A DNA stretch of 64,000 nucleotides from Candidatus Wallbacteria bacterium (GCA_022703765.1 JAKJHQ010000001.1:81854-145853); one strand, 5' to 3'. Positions 27,167 through 37,075 are shown, counted from the first letter of the stretch. The notes: generated by a model not told the origin, from the sequence alone. Translations and numbers: made by a program.

Positions 27167-27505
27167 TTAAGCTTTGAACTGCTTGACGGCGTCTTCTTCT
27201 TTTTCGAACACTTTAAAAATTGAATTAAAACCGGTTAATTTAAACACTTCATCGACCGTTCCGTGCAGGCCGCAAACGTAAATATCGCCCTGTTTGGCCT
27301 TTGCGCGTTTCGCCGACGCGAGGACGCCTCTAAGCCCGGCGCTGCTTATATATTCCAGTTCCTGAAAATTTACTACGAAAAAAAGGTTATTTTCAGCCAT
27401 TAATTCGCTCATCTTTTTTTCGAATTCCGGAGCCGAATTAGCGTCCATTCTTCCGTTAACGCCAAGGACGGAAACGTTTCCCTCTTTTTTTAACGATATC
27501 TGCAT
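27167..27505 (-). CDS. STAS-domain anti-sigma-factor antagonist (SpoIIAA-like)
   Basis: 112 aa. The conserved phospho-Ser context is ELEYISSAGLRGVL. Typical STAS length. Confidence 0.7.
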   Translation of the reverse strand: MQISLKKEGNVSVLGVNGRMDANSAPEFEKKMSELMAENNLFFVVNFQELEYISSAGLRGVLASAKRAKAKQGDIYVCGLHGTVDEVFKLTGFNSIFKVFEKEEDAVKQFKA

Positions 27506-27621
27506 ATTGACACCTCTTAATTATTATCTTGCCATGTTTAATATTTTAAATCATTATACATTAAGAAAAAAAAAAATTCAAGCAAAATGAATTTGGCGGC
27601 AACAATGAATTAGCAATCCCA

Positions 27622-30105
27622 TTATAAATACCGGCAACGCATTTCATAATCGGTAATTTTAACGCGGCGGCCCGGGCTCAATATTATGCCGCCGCAGTTT
27701 TGCGAATCAAACAGTTTATAACCCAGATTTAAATATCTTTGCAGCGCCTCTTTATGCGGATGCCCGAACTTATTCGACGCGCCGCTGGAAATAAAAGCCG
27801 CTCCGGCCCCGCAGGCCGATAAAAATTCGGCGCCGGATGAGTATTTAGAGCCATGATGCGGCGCTTTTATAAAATCGAACCCGGTTTCGCCTATTTTTTT
27901 AATAAGGGGTTTTTCGGCCGCGCCGGTGATATCGCCGCAAAAAAGCGCGGCGCGATTATTAACCCGGACCGCCGCCACCAGTGAAGAATCGTTGGCATCT
28001 TCATTAGAGCCGGTTTCCGGCCATAAAAATTCGAGCACCGCTCCGTCGCAATTAATCTTTTCGCCCGCCGAAACGCTTTTTACGCCGCGCGCGATGCTTA
28101 GTAGTTTTTTAAATTCAATTTCTTCGCGGCCGGTTTCATGATAAAGCAGATTCTTGATTTTTATTTTCGGATTTTTATATAAATTCAACGCGCCGCAATA
28201 GTGGTCCATGTGCGCATGCGTAATTATCAAATATTCGATTTCATCGATCTGGCGGTATCTTAAATACGGGGCGATAACTTTAGAATATGCCGATCGGCCG
28301 CCGCCAGCGTCGATGATTATCCATTTACGGCCGGAAGTCTTCACCAGCGCGCAATCGCCCTGGCCGACGTCGAGAAATATCATTTCCGCGCCTTCCATCG
28401 ATTTAACCGCGAAGCCTCGAATATTAAAAAGCGCTAATATTATAAGCGCGGCCGCCGCTAATTTTGCCGGCGTAAGTTCGGCCCCGCGCGCGAAGCGGAA
28501 CGCTAAAAACGCCAGGAACAAATATATTGCCGCCATTTCGAAAAACCCGAGTTTATATATGGCGATATTTCCCATCGGCAGAGAAGAAAGCCATTCGTTT
28601 AACTTTAGCGCTGCGAAGGTTACGTGGTATATAAGCGAAGCAGCGCCCCAGGCCAGCCATGAGCTGAAAAAAGAAAAAAATATAAAAATCAGGCAGAGCG
28701 CGAGCAATATTTCATATATCCATAAAGTAAAAATATTTGCGGGCAGCGAGTTAAGCGGAAAATAGCCAGATATAAAAGAAATCAGCGGATAAGATGCCGC
28801 CATGGCGATAAAGCTGATTTTGCAATAATCCATAATAGCATTTAAATAAGGGCTTTTTAAAAAATTTATTTCATAATCGCATGCCGCTATGATTGCGAAA
28901 GTGGAAATATAAGAAAGCCAGAAACCCGCGCTGAAGATAAATCTTGGAAATAAAACGATGTGGAAAAAAAGCGCGGCTATAAAAATATTGTATTTATTCA
29001 CGCCGCGCTCCAATGCTCCGCAGGCGGCAGCCGCAGCAAAAGAGATATATGCGCGGGTCACGGCGGCCTGAAACCCCGTAATCAAAAAATAAACGCTCAC
29101 AAACGTAAAAGCCGCCAGTGAAGCCTTTCTCGAATCGACATTCAGCGCCGAAAGCGCCGATAAAATAAACGCCGCCAGAAGCGTCACGTGGCCGCCGCTT
29201 ACTACCAGAACGTGCAGAAGGCCGCTTTCGGTGAATTCGAAAATTTCGTCGTTGTCCAGATATATATTTTCGCCGAGCGCCGAAGAATCTCCGAGCGCGA
29301 ATGCCCTGAGAAAACCCGAAACGCCGGGCGGAAAATATTTTTCGAACAGCCCTTTCACTTTATTTTTAATCGAGGCCGCGAAAGAGCCGCTTTTTTTAAT
29401 TATCTTCACCCCGCCGGCCGGAGCGGTAAGAACGTATAAAATTTCATGCTGCAGGGGATTGTAATTTATCGGAAGATGAGGGTTTTTATATTTATGCATC
29501 CGTTTCACTATTCCCGAAACTTCCACCAGATCGTTTTCTTCGAGTCCGCCGGACCCGGATGCGGATTCCGTCAGGCCGCCTTCTTCTGCTTCGCAGCGCA
29601 AAAATATCCGGCCGTATATATTTTTAAAAGCGCCGCTTTTAGCGTCGTAAAGTTTTTCCACATCGAGCGCGGCGGTAAGATAGTTTTTTCCATATTCCCC
29701 GCCGTTATGATTTTCGACACTAACCGTCGAACCCGTAACCTTTATGAAAGCGTCCTGCTTTAAAACGCGGTTTATGCCGTTAGATATATAAGCAGTTTCG
29801 GCCGCGCACCGGAGCATGGCGCATAAAAAAACTGCCGCCATCAATAAAAACGCGGTGTAAATTCCGCCTGAAAATTCCCGACCTTTTATTCCTCCTTCGC
29901 AGCCAGCGGGAGTTTTAAAATAGTCTTCAGCCGCAAAAGCTCGTTTTTTATAAACAGCCATAGCGCCGGCCGCCGCCGCTAAAAATGCGATAATAGCTAT
30001 GGCTGCGCGCCGGGCCGTCATGGCCGGCGCGCATAAAATCCCCAGAATATAAAATATTATTATAGATAAAAGCTTATAATTCATACCGCGCCTTAAACCG
30101 CGCAA
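27622..30105 (-). CDS. comEC: DNA internalization competence protein ComEC/Rec2 (with a C-terminal metallo-beta-lactamase domain)
   Basis: Polytopic membrane core (competence domain) plus a C-terminal MBL motif (ITHAHMDHYCG). 827 aa. The start may instead be the Met at 30084. Confidence 0.8.
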   Translation of the reverse strand: MRGLRRGMNYKLLSIIIFYILGILCAPAMTARRAAIAIIAFLAAAAGAMAVYKKRAFAAEDYFKTPAGCEGGIKGREFSGGIYTAFLLMAAVFLCAMLRCAAETAYISNGINRVLKQDAFIKVTGSTVSVENHNGGEYGKNYLTAALDVEKLYDAKSGAFKNIYGRIFLRCEAEEGGLTESASGSGGLEENDLVEVSGIVKRMHKYKNPHLPINYNPLQHEILYVLTAPAGGVKIIKKSGSFAASIKNKVKGLFEKYFPPGVSGFLRAFALGDSSALGENIYLDNDEIFEFTESGLLHVLVVSGGHVTLLAAFILSALSALNVDSRKASLAAFTFVSVYFLITGFQAAVTRAYISFAAAAACGALERGVNKYNIFIAALFFHIVLFPRFIFSAGFWLSYISTFAIIAACDYEINFLKSPYLNAIMDYCKISFIAMAASYPLISFISGYFPLNSLPANIFTLWIYEILLALCLIFIFFSFFSSWLAWGAASLIYHVTFAALKLNEWLSSLPMGNIAIYKLGFFEMAAIYLFLAFLAFRFARGAELTPAKLAAAALIILALFNIRGFAVKSMEGAEMIFLDVGQGDCALVKTSGRKWIIIDAGGGRSAYSKVIAPYLRYRQIDEIEYLIITHAHMDHYCGALNLYKNPKIKIKNLLYHETGREEIEFKKLLSIARGVKSVSAGEKINCDGAVLEFLWPETGSNEDANDSSLVAAVRVNNRAALFCGDITGAAEKPLIKKIGETGFDFIKAPHHGSKYSSGAEFLSACGAGAAFISSGASNKFGHPHKEALQRYLNLGYKLFDSQNCGGIILSPGRRVKITDYEMRCRYL

Positions 30106-31214
30106 GCGGCCTTTACAAGCTGCTCGAGCCTGCTTCTCACGGGTCCTGCGTCCTTGATCATAAGCCTGATATTATCTTTACCCTGCGCTATTTTTTCGTT
30201 ATCCATGCTGTACCAGGCGCCGTTTTTTTCGATTATCCCCCTGTCCAGGGCTATATTTATAAGATCGCTTTCGTATGAAATTCCGTCGTTGAAAAGCAGT
30301 TCCAGTTCGGTATGCCTGAAAGGCATCGCGCACTTGTTCTTTATTATTTTAGCCCTTATTTTTATTCCGACCGGGCTTTCGCCGTTTTTAATGGTTTCTA
30401 TCTTTCTTACCTCCATTCTCACGGAAGAAAAAAACTTCAACGCCCTTCCGCCGGGGGTGGTTTCGGACCCGCCGAACATGCTGCCTATCTTGTCGCGCAG
30501 CTGATTTATAAATATCACGCTGCAGGAATGGTTCGACGCGAGCGAGGTCAGCCGCCTTAACGCCGAAGCCATAAGCCGCGCGTGCAGGCCGACCTGTATT
30601 TCTCCGCTATTGGCCTCTATTTCCGCTCTGGGCACTATCGCTGCCACCGAATCGATAACCACGAGATTCACCGCGCCGCTTTTAACCAGGTCGTTGCATA
30701 TATCGAAGCATTCTTCGCCTGAAGCAGGTTGTGAAACTAGAAGTTTTGAAAGATCCACGCCTATTTTTTTCGCATAATTTATATCCAGCGCGTGCTCTGC
30801 GTCTATAAACGCCGCTATTTTTCCGCTCTTTTGAAAATTAGCTATGATATTAAGCGTCAGCGTGGTTTTTCCGCTCGATTCGGGGCCGTAGAGCTCGATT
30901 ATCCTTCCGGAAGGGAGGCCGCCTATCCCGAGCGCGGCGTCGAGAGAAATTATTCCGGTAGATATTGGTTCATAAATACTTTTATCGTCGGGCCGGCTGT
31001 CTTCATAGCTAAATATGCTTCCGCGCCCGAATTTTTTCAGTATCTGCTGTTTTATAAGCGAAAGTTCCTGTGCTTCTTTTCCGCGGTCATTTTCGCAATT
31101 AACTTCGGCCTTTGCGTCAGGTTTAGTTTCAGCCTTTTTTTCACAATTTTCGATTGTCCCGGCCTGAGATTTTAATGCCGCGCTTTTTACCGCCTTAAAT
31201 TTTTCAATACCCAT
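30093..31214 (-). CDS. recA: Recombinase RecA (with an ~45-aa N-terminal extension)
   Basis: Walker A ELYGPESSGKTTLTL, FIDAEHALD, and the L1/L2 loop regions. It is nested between comEA and comEC on the same strand. Confidence 0.9.
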   Translation of the reverse strand: MGIEKFKAVKSAALKSQAGTIENCEKKAETKPDAKAEVNCENDRGKEAQELSLIKQQILKKFGRGSIFSYEDSRPDDKSIYEPISTGIISLDAALGIGGLPSGRIIELYGPESSGKTTLTLNIIANFQKSGKIAAFIDAEHALDINYAKKIGVDLSKLLVSQPASGEECFDICNDLVKSGAVNLVVIDSVAAIVPRAEIEANSGEIQVGLHARLMASALRRLTSLASNHSCSVIFINQLRDKIGSMFGGSETTPGGRALKFFSSVRMEVRKIETIKNGESPVGIKIRAKIIKNKCAMPFRHTELELLFNDGISYESDLINIALDRGIIEKNGAWYSMDNEKIAQGKDNIRLMIKDAGPVRSRLEQLVKAACAV

Positions 31215-31329
31215 TCGACACCCCTTTACTTTTTAATTTAGCCCGATTTTTTATATACAAATCTCTAAATACAAACTATTCATAACAAGCCGTTCGCTAT
31301 GCACTTCAAACTTCACACCGCATGAGCTG

Positions 31330-31947
31330 TCAGTATATTACAAAATGCTTATTAAGCTTGCGCATTCTTTTCTTGCCGATGCCTTCTATCGCGCCTAGAG
31401 ATTTTAAAGATTCGATTCTTCCGCCGTTATTTCGCCTGAATTCGATAATTTTTTCACCCACCTTTGCGCCGACGCCTTTGATATTTTTGAAATCTTCCAC
31501 GGAAGCCGAATTAATATCTATTTTAGGTTCCTGCGGGTTTTCGGCGTTTGCATAAAGTTCGAATTCCTGCGGATCGTCTATCTGCGGCGAAGGATCGTCC
31601 GCCACCATAATTTTATCTTTAACGGCTTCATACAAACGTTCTCCGATGCCTCCTACTTTTTTTATTTCGCATCTGGTTTTAAATCCGGAATTTTTTTCCC
31701 GGTATGCTATTATCTTTGCCGCCATGGCGGGCCCTACGCCTTTAAGCGCCATAAGTTCCGCCGCCTGGCATGTGTTTATGTCGAGCGGAAAATTTGCGCT
31801 TTCGATAACTTCGGGCGCAGTGCCTTCGGAACCGGCCGCCCATTGGGAATATCCGGAGCACAGGTTGATAAAAATTCCGAGCGCCGAAACCGCGCAAATA
31901 ATAAAAATAAGTCTGGACTCTTCCTTTGAAAATTTTAAAAATTCCAT
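31330..31947 (-). CDS. comEA: Competence protein ComEA (tandem helix-hairpin-helix DNA-binding domains)
   Basis: N-terminal TM anchor. Two HhH units: LMALKGVGPAMAAKII and FKNIKGVGAKVGEKIIEF. Confidence 0.75.
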   Translation of the reverse strand: MEFLKFSKEESRLIFIICAVSALGIFINLCSGYSQWAAGSEGTAPEVIESANFPLDINTCQAAELMALKGVGPAMAAKIIAYREKNSGFKTRCEIKKVGGIGERLYEAVKDKIMVADDPSPQIDDPQEFELYANAENPQEPKIDINSASVEDFKNIKGVGAKVGEKIIEFRRNNGGRIESLKSLGAIEGIGKKRMRKLNKHFVIY

Positions 31948-32387
31948 TGAACCGCCTCCATTAATTTAATATTTCCTTTTCATTTCGAGCGATTAGTGTA
32001 AAACCGTCGCCTAATCCGATACATTTCAAAGTTACTTTCCATAAAACAAGTTTTGTGCCATAAAAAATATCTTCAAAAAGCCTTTAAAACCGTGTTCCGT
32101 TTTCACCAATTCTCATTTTGAGATTTCTTTAAATTAGTTAATTCACTATTTAAGGCTGTTTAAGGCAAAAAATACCGATATCGTTTTAAGACTTAATTCT
32201 CAAAACGATACCAGAGCATTTTTTTGGCTCTTTTTTTGTGTGGGAAGTTTGTCAGTGGATAGTGAATAGTTTTAGAATATTATTTAAAATTTAAATAAGT
32301 TCCTTTGTGCTTTAGCGGGTAGTTTTGGGCAGGGTGCCAGACAAGTTTTTTCGGGGACGCGTTCTAAAATCCCTCCGGGATTTTAGC

Positions 32388-32487
32388 CGCTTGAGCTCAG
32401 CGCCTCACGCCCATCCCGGGCTTCGGCGCTTCCGCTACACCCCTCAAAAATTTTGTCTGGCCCCTGCTATAAGCTTAAAATCAACTT
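32388..32487. repeat. Degenerate direct repeat, copy 1 (~100 bp), containing local hairpins
   Basis: Shares ...CCCATCC...GGGCT(T/C)CGGCG(C/A)TTCCGCTACACCCCT(C/T)AAAAATT...TCTGGCCCCTGCTA(T/C)AAGCTTAAAATCAACTT with copy 2. GCCAGACAA at 32337 can pair with TTGTCTGGC at 32452. Confidence 0.6.
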
Positions 32488-32582
32488 AAAAATAAGTTGA
32501 TTAACCAAAATGTATAATATAAAACTTTAATATTCCCTCACCAGCAAGCCGTTGCCGTCCATGGCGCGTGCTGCATTAGGGC

Positions 32583-32708
32583 CTCCGAGCTCCGATCCCG
32601 CCCATCCGACAGACATGGATGGCAAGGAGGCGGCCTTGGGCTCCGGCGATTCCGCTACACCCCTTCAAAAATTATTCTGGCCCCTGCTACAAGCTTAAAA
32701 TCAACTTT
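32583..32708. repeat. Degenerate direct repeat, copy 2
   Basis: See copy 1. About 85% identity over the 3' 70 bp, with an insertion containing the hairpin CCATCCgacagacatGGATGG. Confidence 0.6.
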
Positions 32709-32809
32709 AACAATGGATTACAACCTGAAAGTTCTTTTTATAGGCTGGTTAACACAAAAGCCTACTATAAAACCATAATTTTGACTAACCAGCAAGCCAT
32801 TATTGCTGC

Positions 32810-32837
32810 GCAGACGCGCGCGTAAGCGCGCGTCTGC
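32810..32837. repeat. Perfect GC-rich palindrome: 12-bp arms GCAGACGCGCGC-gtaa-GCGCGCGTCTGC
   Basis: Read directly from the sequence. It is followed by AAAAAA on the plus strand, i.e. there is no U-run 3' of the hairpin in plus-strand RNA (read in the minus-strand RNA direction the run lies 5' of the hairpin), so it is not a canonical terminator in either orientation. Confidence 0.6.
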
Positions 32838-33148
32838 AAAAAACAGAACCATAAAAACAAAAATAGAAATAGAAAAATAGAAAGATAAAAAAAAGTGGTA
32901 CGAAAAGAAATATTGGCAATTAAGGAAAATAAAAGTAAATCAGAAAAGAATTTGTAGCAACATAAGAAAAGAGCTTAGCCTAATTAAAGCCCCGGCAGAA
33001 AAGCAGGCACTTTGCAAAATAAAGCGTCAGGCTAATTTGGGGTTGGAAGGGATTTTAAGGGAAGGGAGGGGCCTTTGGCCTCTAGCCTTCCCTTATCGAA
33101 TAAACAAATTATTATTCGAATTTTTTTCAACCTTAATTATAGGCAGGA

Positions 33149-35179
33149 TCAATAAGCATAAACTTTGAACATATCGCCGGGAGCGCCTGCAAATATTATC
33201 AGGCCGCCTTTCGGAAGATAAAATTCGCCTTTATCCACGGCGCTGTCGAACACAAGGCCTTCTCCGCCAGCCGCCATTACTCTGGAGCCGGCAGGAAGTT
33301 CGCCAAATTTGACCACGGCGCCTTTATCCGATTTAAGCCATTCGTTCCACTGCTCGGTTTTGATGGTAACGCGGTTAACGCCGCTGACAAGTTTTCTGGC
33401 TGTATCTTCGGACGAATACATGAACATATTAGATTTGATCCATGTTTCGCCGTTGACATCGACGAGTTTGAGCGACGACTGATCGCGAAAAGCCGTGGCA
33501 GCTATTTCCGCACAATCGGGACCTTCGATTTTTTTAAGGCCTCCGAAGCTGACGTAACCCGGAAGCGCCTCATAGGCTTTAGCTTCGACGAGGCCGACCA
33601 TAGCGTATACCACCTGAGCCGGCATATTTCTAACAAGCCATTTTTTACCGGCGATATCGGCCCTTAATTTTTGAGGGTTTTCGATCTTTTCGATCTTCTG
33701 GTACATGAGCATATCGACGCCGTAATTAGGAACCTTATGAGCCGCTATGTAGGTCTTGCCGTCGACGACGGTGAAGTAAAGCGTCATTTTCTTTTCATGA
33801 TAATAAAAATAACCGCCGTTATGAACTAAAGACATTACGGCCGGCTCTTCTTTAGATGCGCCGGGAGCAACTTCGGCGGGAGCGGCCAGTTCCATTTTTC
33901 CGTTATCGCGGTCGAAGCGGACTCTGACTACGCTGTCGGCGTTGCAGTAATATCCTTCGAACTTGAGTAATTCTTCGGGTACGGGGCGGGCTTCGACAGG
34001 TTTTTCTACGGGCTTCGCCGGCGGTATCTGGATTTTCTTCGCTTTCATCACGGCGTCGAGTATCGGGCGCGACAATTCTTCGAGGTCTGCGACGCTGCCG
34101 GTTATCGAATAAACGACCGTGACTCCGTGTTTGGGAACGGTCTGCATATAAGTGCTGTAGCAGGTGGTTCCGCCGCTTTTAGCGAGCACCTGGATGCCGA
34201 GGTCGGCGTAATCTGGCAGCGACGAATAGTCCCAGCCGAATTCGTTGAGTATCTGGGGCCCGCGGAGTTTGTCGTAAAATTTAGTGGGCTGCGATTTCAG
34301 AATCTCGGCCACGGATGCGTCGGACAGAACGCGCTTTGCGAAAGGGGAAAAGCTCGAGGCGAATCGGCACATATCGGAAGCTGTCGACGAAAGTCCGCCG
34401 GCGCCGTAAACCATTACGACCTCGCGCGGATATTTTTTACCGTTCTTCAGTCCGTAGTATTCGGCGGTGTTTTCAACGCCGGCCTCGCCGACTGAGACAC
34501 CCGTGTTTTTCATGCCGAGCGGTTTAAATACGCGGCGCGCCAGAAAATCGATGAATTTTTCGCCTGAGACGCGCTCGACGATCATTTCAGCAAGGGTGAA
34601 GCCGTCGTTGCAATATATTTGCATAGCGCCGGGGGCGTGTTTGAGATAGGCTTCGGCCATGCTGTCGATAAGGTAGCGGTGCATATTTTCATCTACGGCG
34701 TATCCGAAATAAAAATGCGAGCCGGGCAGGCCGGAGGAATGGTTGAAAAGCATGCGCACGGTAATGTCGCGATAGCGCGGGTCTTTCATTCTGAATTCGG
34801 GAAGGTAATTGACCACCGGGTCGTCCAGGCGCACTTTGCCGTCGTCGACCAGAAGCAGTATTCCGACAGCGGCGAACATTTTGCTGGTGGAACCGACGTT
34901 AAAGCGCGTTTCGGGGTTAACCGGCCGGTTAGCTGCGCGGTCGGCTGCGCCGAAGCCTTCGGCATAAACTATCTTTCCTTCGTCGGCGACGGCGACGGTG
35001 GCGCCGCTGCAAAACCCGCCGGCGATGGACTTCCACATAGTTTCACGGGCGGTCTTTATCGCCTCGCTGTAATCGATTGAAGCGCGCTTACGCACACCGG
35101 AAGCTTCGGCCAAGCCTGTGTTGGATGTGAGTAATAAAATCGAAGACGCCAGAAGAACCGCAGTAATTTTTTTAAACAT
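33149..35179 (-). CDS. Secreted serine hydrolase of the beta-lactamase/PBP (class C-like) family, with a C-terminal extension domain
   Basis: Signal peptide, then the S-x-x-K active site (FNVGSTSKMF). 676 aa. Confidence 0.65.
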   Translation of the reverse strand: MFKKITAVLLASSILLLTSNTGLAEASGVRKRASIDYSEAIKTARETMWKSIAGGFCSGATVAVADEGKIVYAEGFGAADRAANRPVNPETRFNVGSTSKMFAAVGILLLVDDGKVRLDDPVVNYLPEFRMKDPRYRDITVRMLFNHSSGLPGSHFYFGYAVDENMHRYLIDSMAEAYLKHAPGAMQIYCNDGFTLAEMIVERVSGEKFIDFLARRVFKPLGMKNTGVSVGEAGVENTAEYYGLKNGKKYPREVVMVYGAGGLSSTASDMCRFASSFSPFAKRVLSDASVAEILKSQPTKFYDKLRGPQILNEFGWDYSSLPDYADLGIQVLAKSGGTTCYSTYMQTVPKHGVTVVYSITGSVADLEELSRPILDAVMKAKKIQIPPAKPVEKPVEARPVPEELLKFEGYYCNADSVVRVRFDRDNGKMELAAPAEVAPGASKEEPAVMSLVHNGGYFYYHEKKMTLYFTVVDGKTYIAAHKVPNYGVDMLMYQKIEKIENPQKLRADIAGKKWLVRNMPAQVVYAMVGLVEAKAYEALPGYVSFGGLKKIEGPDCAEIAATAFRDQSSLKLVDVNGETWIKSNMFMYSSEDTARKLVSGVNRVTIKTEQWNEWLKSDKGAVVKFGELPAGSRVMAAGGEGLVFDSAVDKGEFYLPKGGLIIFAGAPGDMFKVYAY

Positions 35180-35249
35180 AAACCACTCCTCTTTAAATAT
35201 TTATCCGTAAAGAGTTTTTATTTATATGCCTGCTCTATGCGGAACCGAT

Positions 35250-36053
35250 TTATTGGGCACCTACGTTTTTAAGCATGGTTATAATTTCGCTATATTCCCG
35301 GAATCTTATATCGGCGAGTTTCATGGCGGTATTTCCGCTTTTATCCTTGAGATTGACTCCTGCGCCTTTTTCGAGAAGGATGCGGACTATGTCCACGAAA
35401 CCGTGGTATGCCGCGCGCATAAGGGCCGTAGCGCCGTTGGGATCTTTGATGTTGACGCCTTCGCCTTTTTCTACGAGCGCTTCGACGAGCTGGACGTTGG
35501 CGCGTAAAACCGCTATCATTAAAGGCGTATTGCCGTCGTTATCTTTTTCGCAGACATTCGCGCCGCGGTTAAGAAGCGCCTTGACGGTTTCGACATGATT
35601 TCCGTCCACGGCGTACATAAGCGCGTTACTGCCTTTTTTATCTTTGAGGTCTATGGCGGGGCCTTTTTCGAGGATCATTTCGACGATCTGCAAAAACCCT
35701 TTGGAAGCGGCCCACATCAAAGCCGTGGCGTCGCCGTTATTGGTGATATCGCAATTAGCTCCCCTGTCTAAAAGAAGGCTGGCCGCGTTTGTATGCCCGG
35801 CGGAAGCGGCCACCATAAGCGCCGTCCAGCCTTCGCCGTCCTGCAGGTTTAATTTCGCGCCCTTGAGGATCAAAATCTCCAGTATATCGACGTCGCCGGT
35901 GTTAGCGGCGTAAAGCACCAGCGGCACTCCGCGTTCGTCCTTGACGTTTATATCTTCGATTTTTTCCACCAGCGCCCTTACGACGTCGGTATTAGCTTCA
36001 TTTATGGCTTCGACCATTTTAGATATCAACTCGTTGTTCAGCTCACCGCTCAT
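35250..36053 (-). CDS. Ankyrin-repeat protein
   Basis: Multiple 33-aa repeats of the form G-TALM-AA--GH---V--LL--GA. Confidence 0.8.
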   Translation of the reverse strand: MSGELNNELISKMVEAINEANTDVVRALVEKIEDINVKDERGVPLVLYAANTGDVDILEILILKGAKLNLQDGEGWTALMVAASAGHTNAASLLLDRGANCDITNNGDATALMWAASKGFLQIVEMILEKGPAIDLKDKKGSNALMYAVDGNHVETVKALLNRGANVCEKDNDGNTPLMIAVLRANVQLVEALVEKGEGVNIKDPNGATALMRAAYHGFVDIVRILLEKGAGVNLKDKSGNTAMKLADIRFREYSEIITMLKNVGAQ

Positions 36054-36105
36054 TTTAAGCTCCCTTTTATTTTTATTTGTTTATGCCGATTATATGGGGG
36101 AAATT

Positions 36106-36948
36106 TTAAAGTTTAACCGCAAAATATCCCTTTTCATTTTTAGCGATCCTCGCCAGAGGCCACTGATGGTCATGTTCGAAAATGCCGACGGCGTCTTTTT
36201 TTATCATTTCATCGAAAAACGCTTTTTTTTCTTCCACTATCGTAAGCGGAAAAAGATCGTAGCCCATAATGAAAGGTATCGGCACATGCGAAGTGGTGGG
36301 CGCCAGATCGCTGAGGTAATAGGCCGATTTACCTTCGGACTCTATGACGACGGCCTGCATCGCGCGGGTATGGCCGTTAACGGCGCGCAGCGAAATCCCG
36401 TCGAATACATTAGCGGTATCGCCGTTAACAAATTTAAGGCGCGGAGAAGCCAACACGGGGTCGAGGTTATCTTTTAAAAAAGACGCCCGGTCCCGTTCGG
36501 TAGGCTTTACCGCAGCCTGATGGTGATCTTTTTGCACGTATATATCGGCGTTTTTGAATAAGAGGGTAGAGACGCCGTTTTCGAATGCGGTAAAACCTCC
36601 GCAATGGTCGAAATGAAGATGGGTGACGATTATATCGCTGATGTCGTCCGGCGTGAAGCCGAGTTTTGAAAGCTCTTCGCGCAGGCTTTTGCCTTTATTG
36701 TCAACGCCGTAAATGGCGCTCCATTTTTCATCGAATTTATCGCCGATGCCGCCGTCGACGAGTATTTTCCGGCCACCGCCGATAATCAGGGCCGGCCTGA
36801 GCCCGAGGGTGATGCGGTTGAGTTCGTCGGCGGGGTTGGTTTTATTCCATATAGTTTTAGGCACCACACCGAACATTGCGCCGCCGTCGAGTTTGAACGT
36901 ACCGCAGTCTAAAACGTGAATTTCGTATTTTCCGATCTGTATCTTCAA
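36106..36948 (-). CDS. MBL-fold metallo-hydrolase
   Basis: HxHxDH motif (THLHFDHCGG). 280 aa. Confidence 0.7.
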   Translation of the reverse strand: MKIQIGKYEIHVLDCGTFKLDGGAMFGVVPKTIWNKTNPADELNRITLGLRPALIIGGGRKILVDGGIGDKFDEKWSAIYGVDNKGKSLREELSKLGFTPDDISDIIVTHLHFDHCGGFTAFENGVSTLLFKNADIYVQKDHHQAAVKPTERDRASFLKDNLDPVLASPRLKFVNGDTANVFDGISLRAVNGHTRAMQAVVIESEGKSAYYLSDLAPTTSHVPIPFIMGYDLFPLTIVEEKKAFFDEMIKKDAVGIFEHDHQWPLARIAKNEKGYFAVKL

Positions 36949-37075
36949 GTAACTGCACCCTTTCTATAAAAATTGCCGTCAAGCTTCATATTAAACAGCA
37001 TTAGTATATGTTATGAAATTATATCACATGCGGTATTTCATTGTCAAAATTTTAAAAATCAGGACGTTTATTTGT

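Noticed and set aside
33055-33093. GC-rich hairpin (AAGGGAAGGG...CCCTTCCCTT) downstream of the serine-hydrolase gene as a terminator
   Set aside because: It is not followed by a U-tract in the minus-strand transcript orientation, so the assignment is ambiguous.
31948-33148. Possible tmRNA, RNase P RNA or CRISPR array in the large intergenic tract
   Set aside because: There is no tRNA-like TTCGANTCC 3' domain. There are no RNase P P4 consensus blocks (GGAAAGTCCGG / ACAGAACCCGGCTTA). The repeats are neither regularly spaced nor separated by unique spacers. The candidate tag-like frame (AIIAAQTRA*) does not resemble known SsrA tags.
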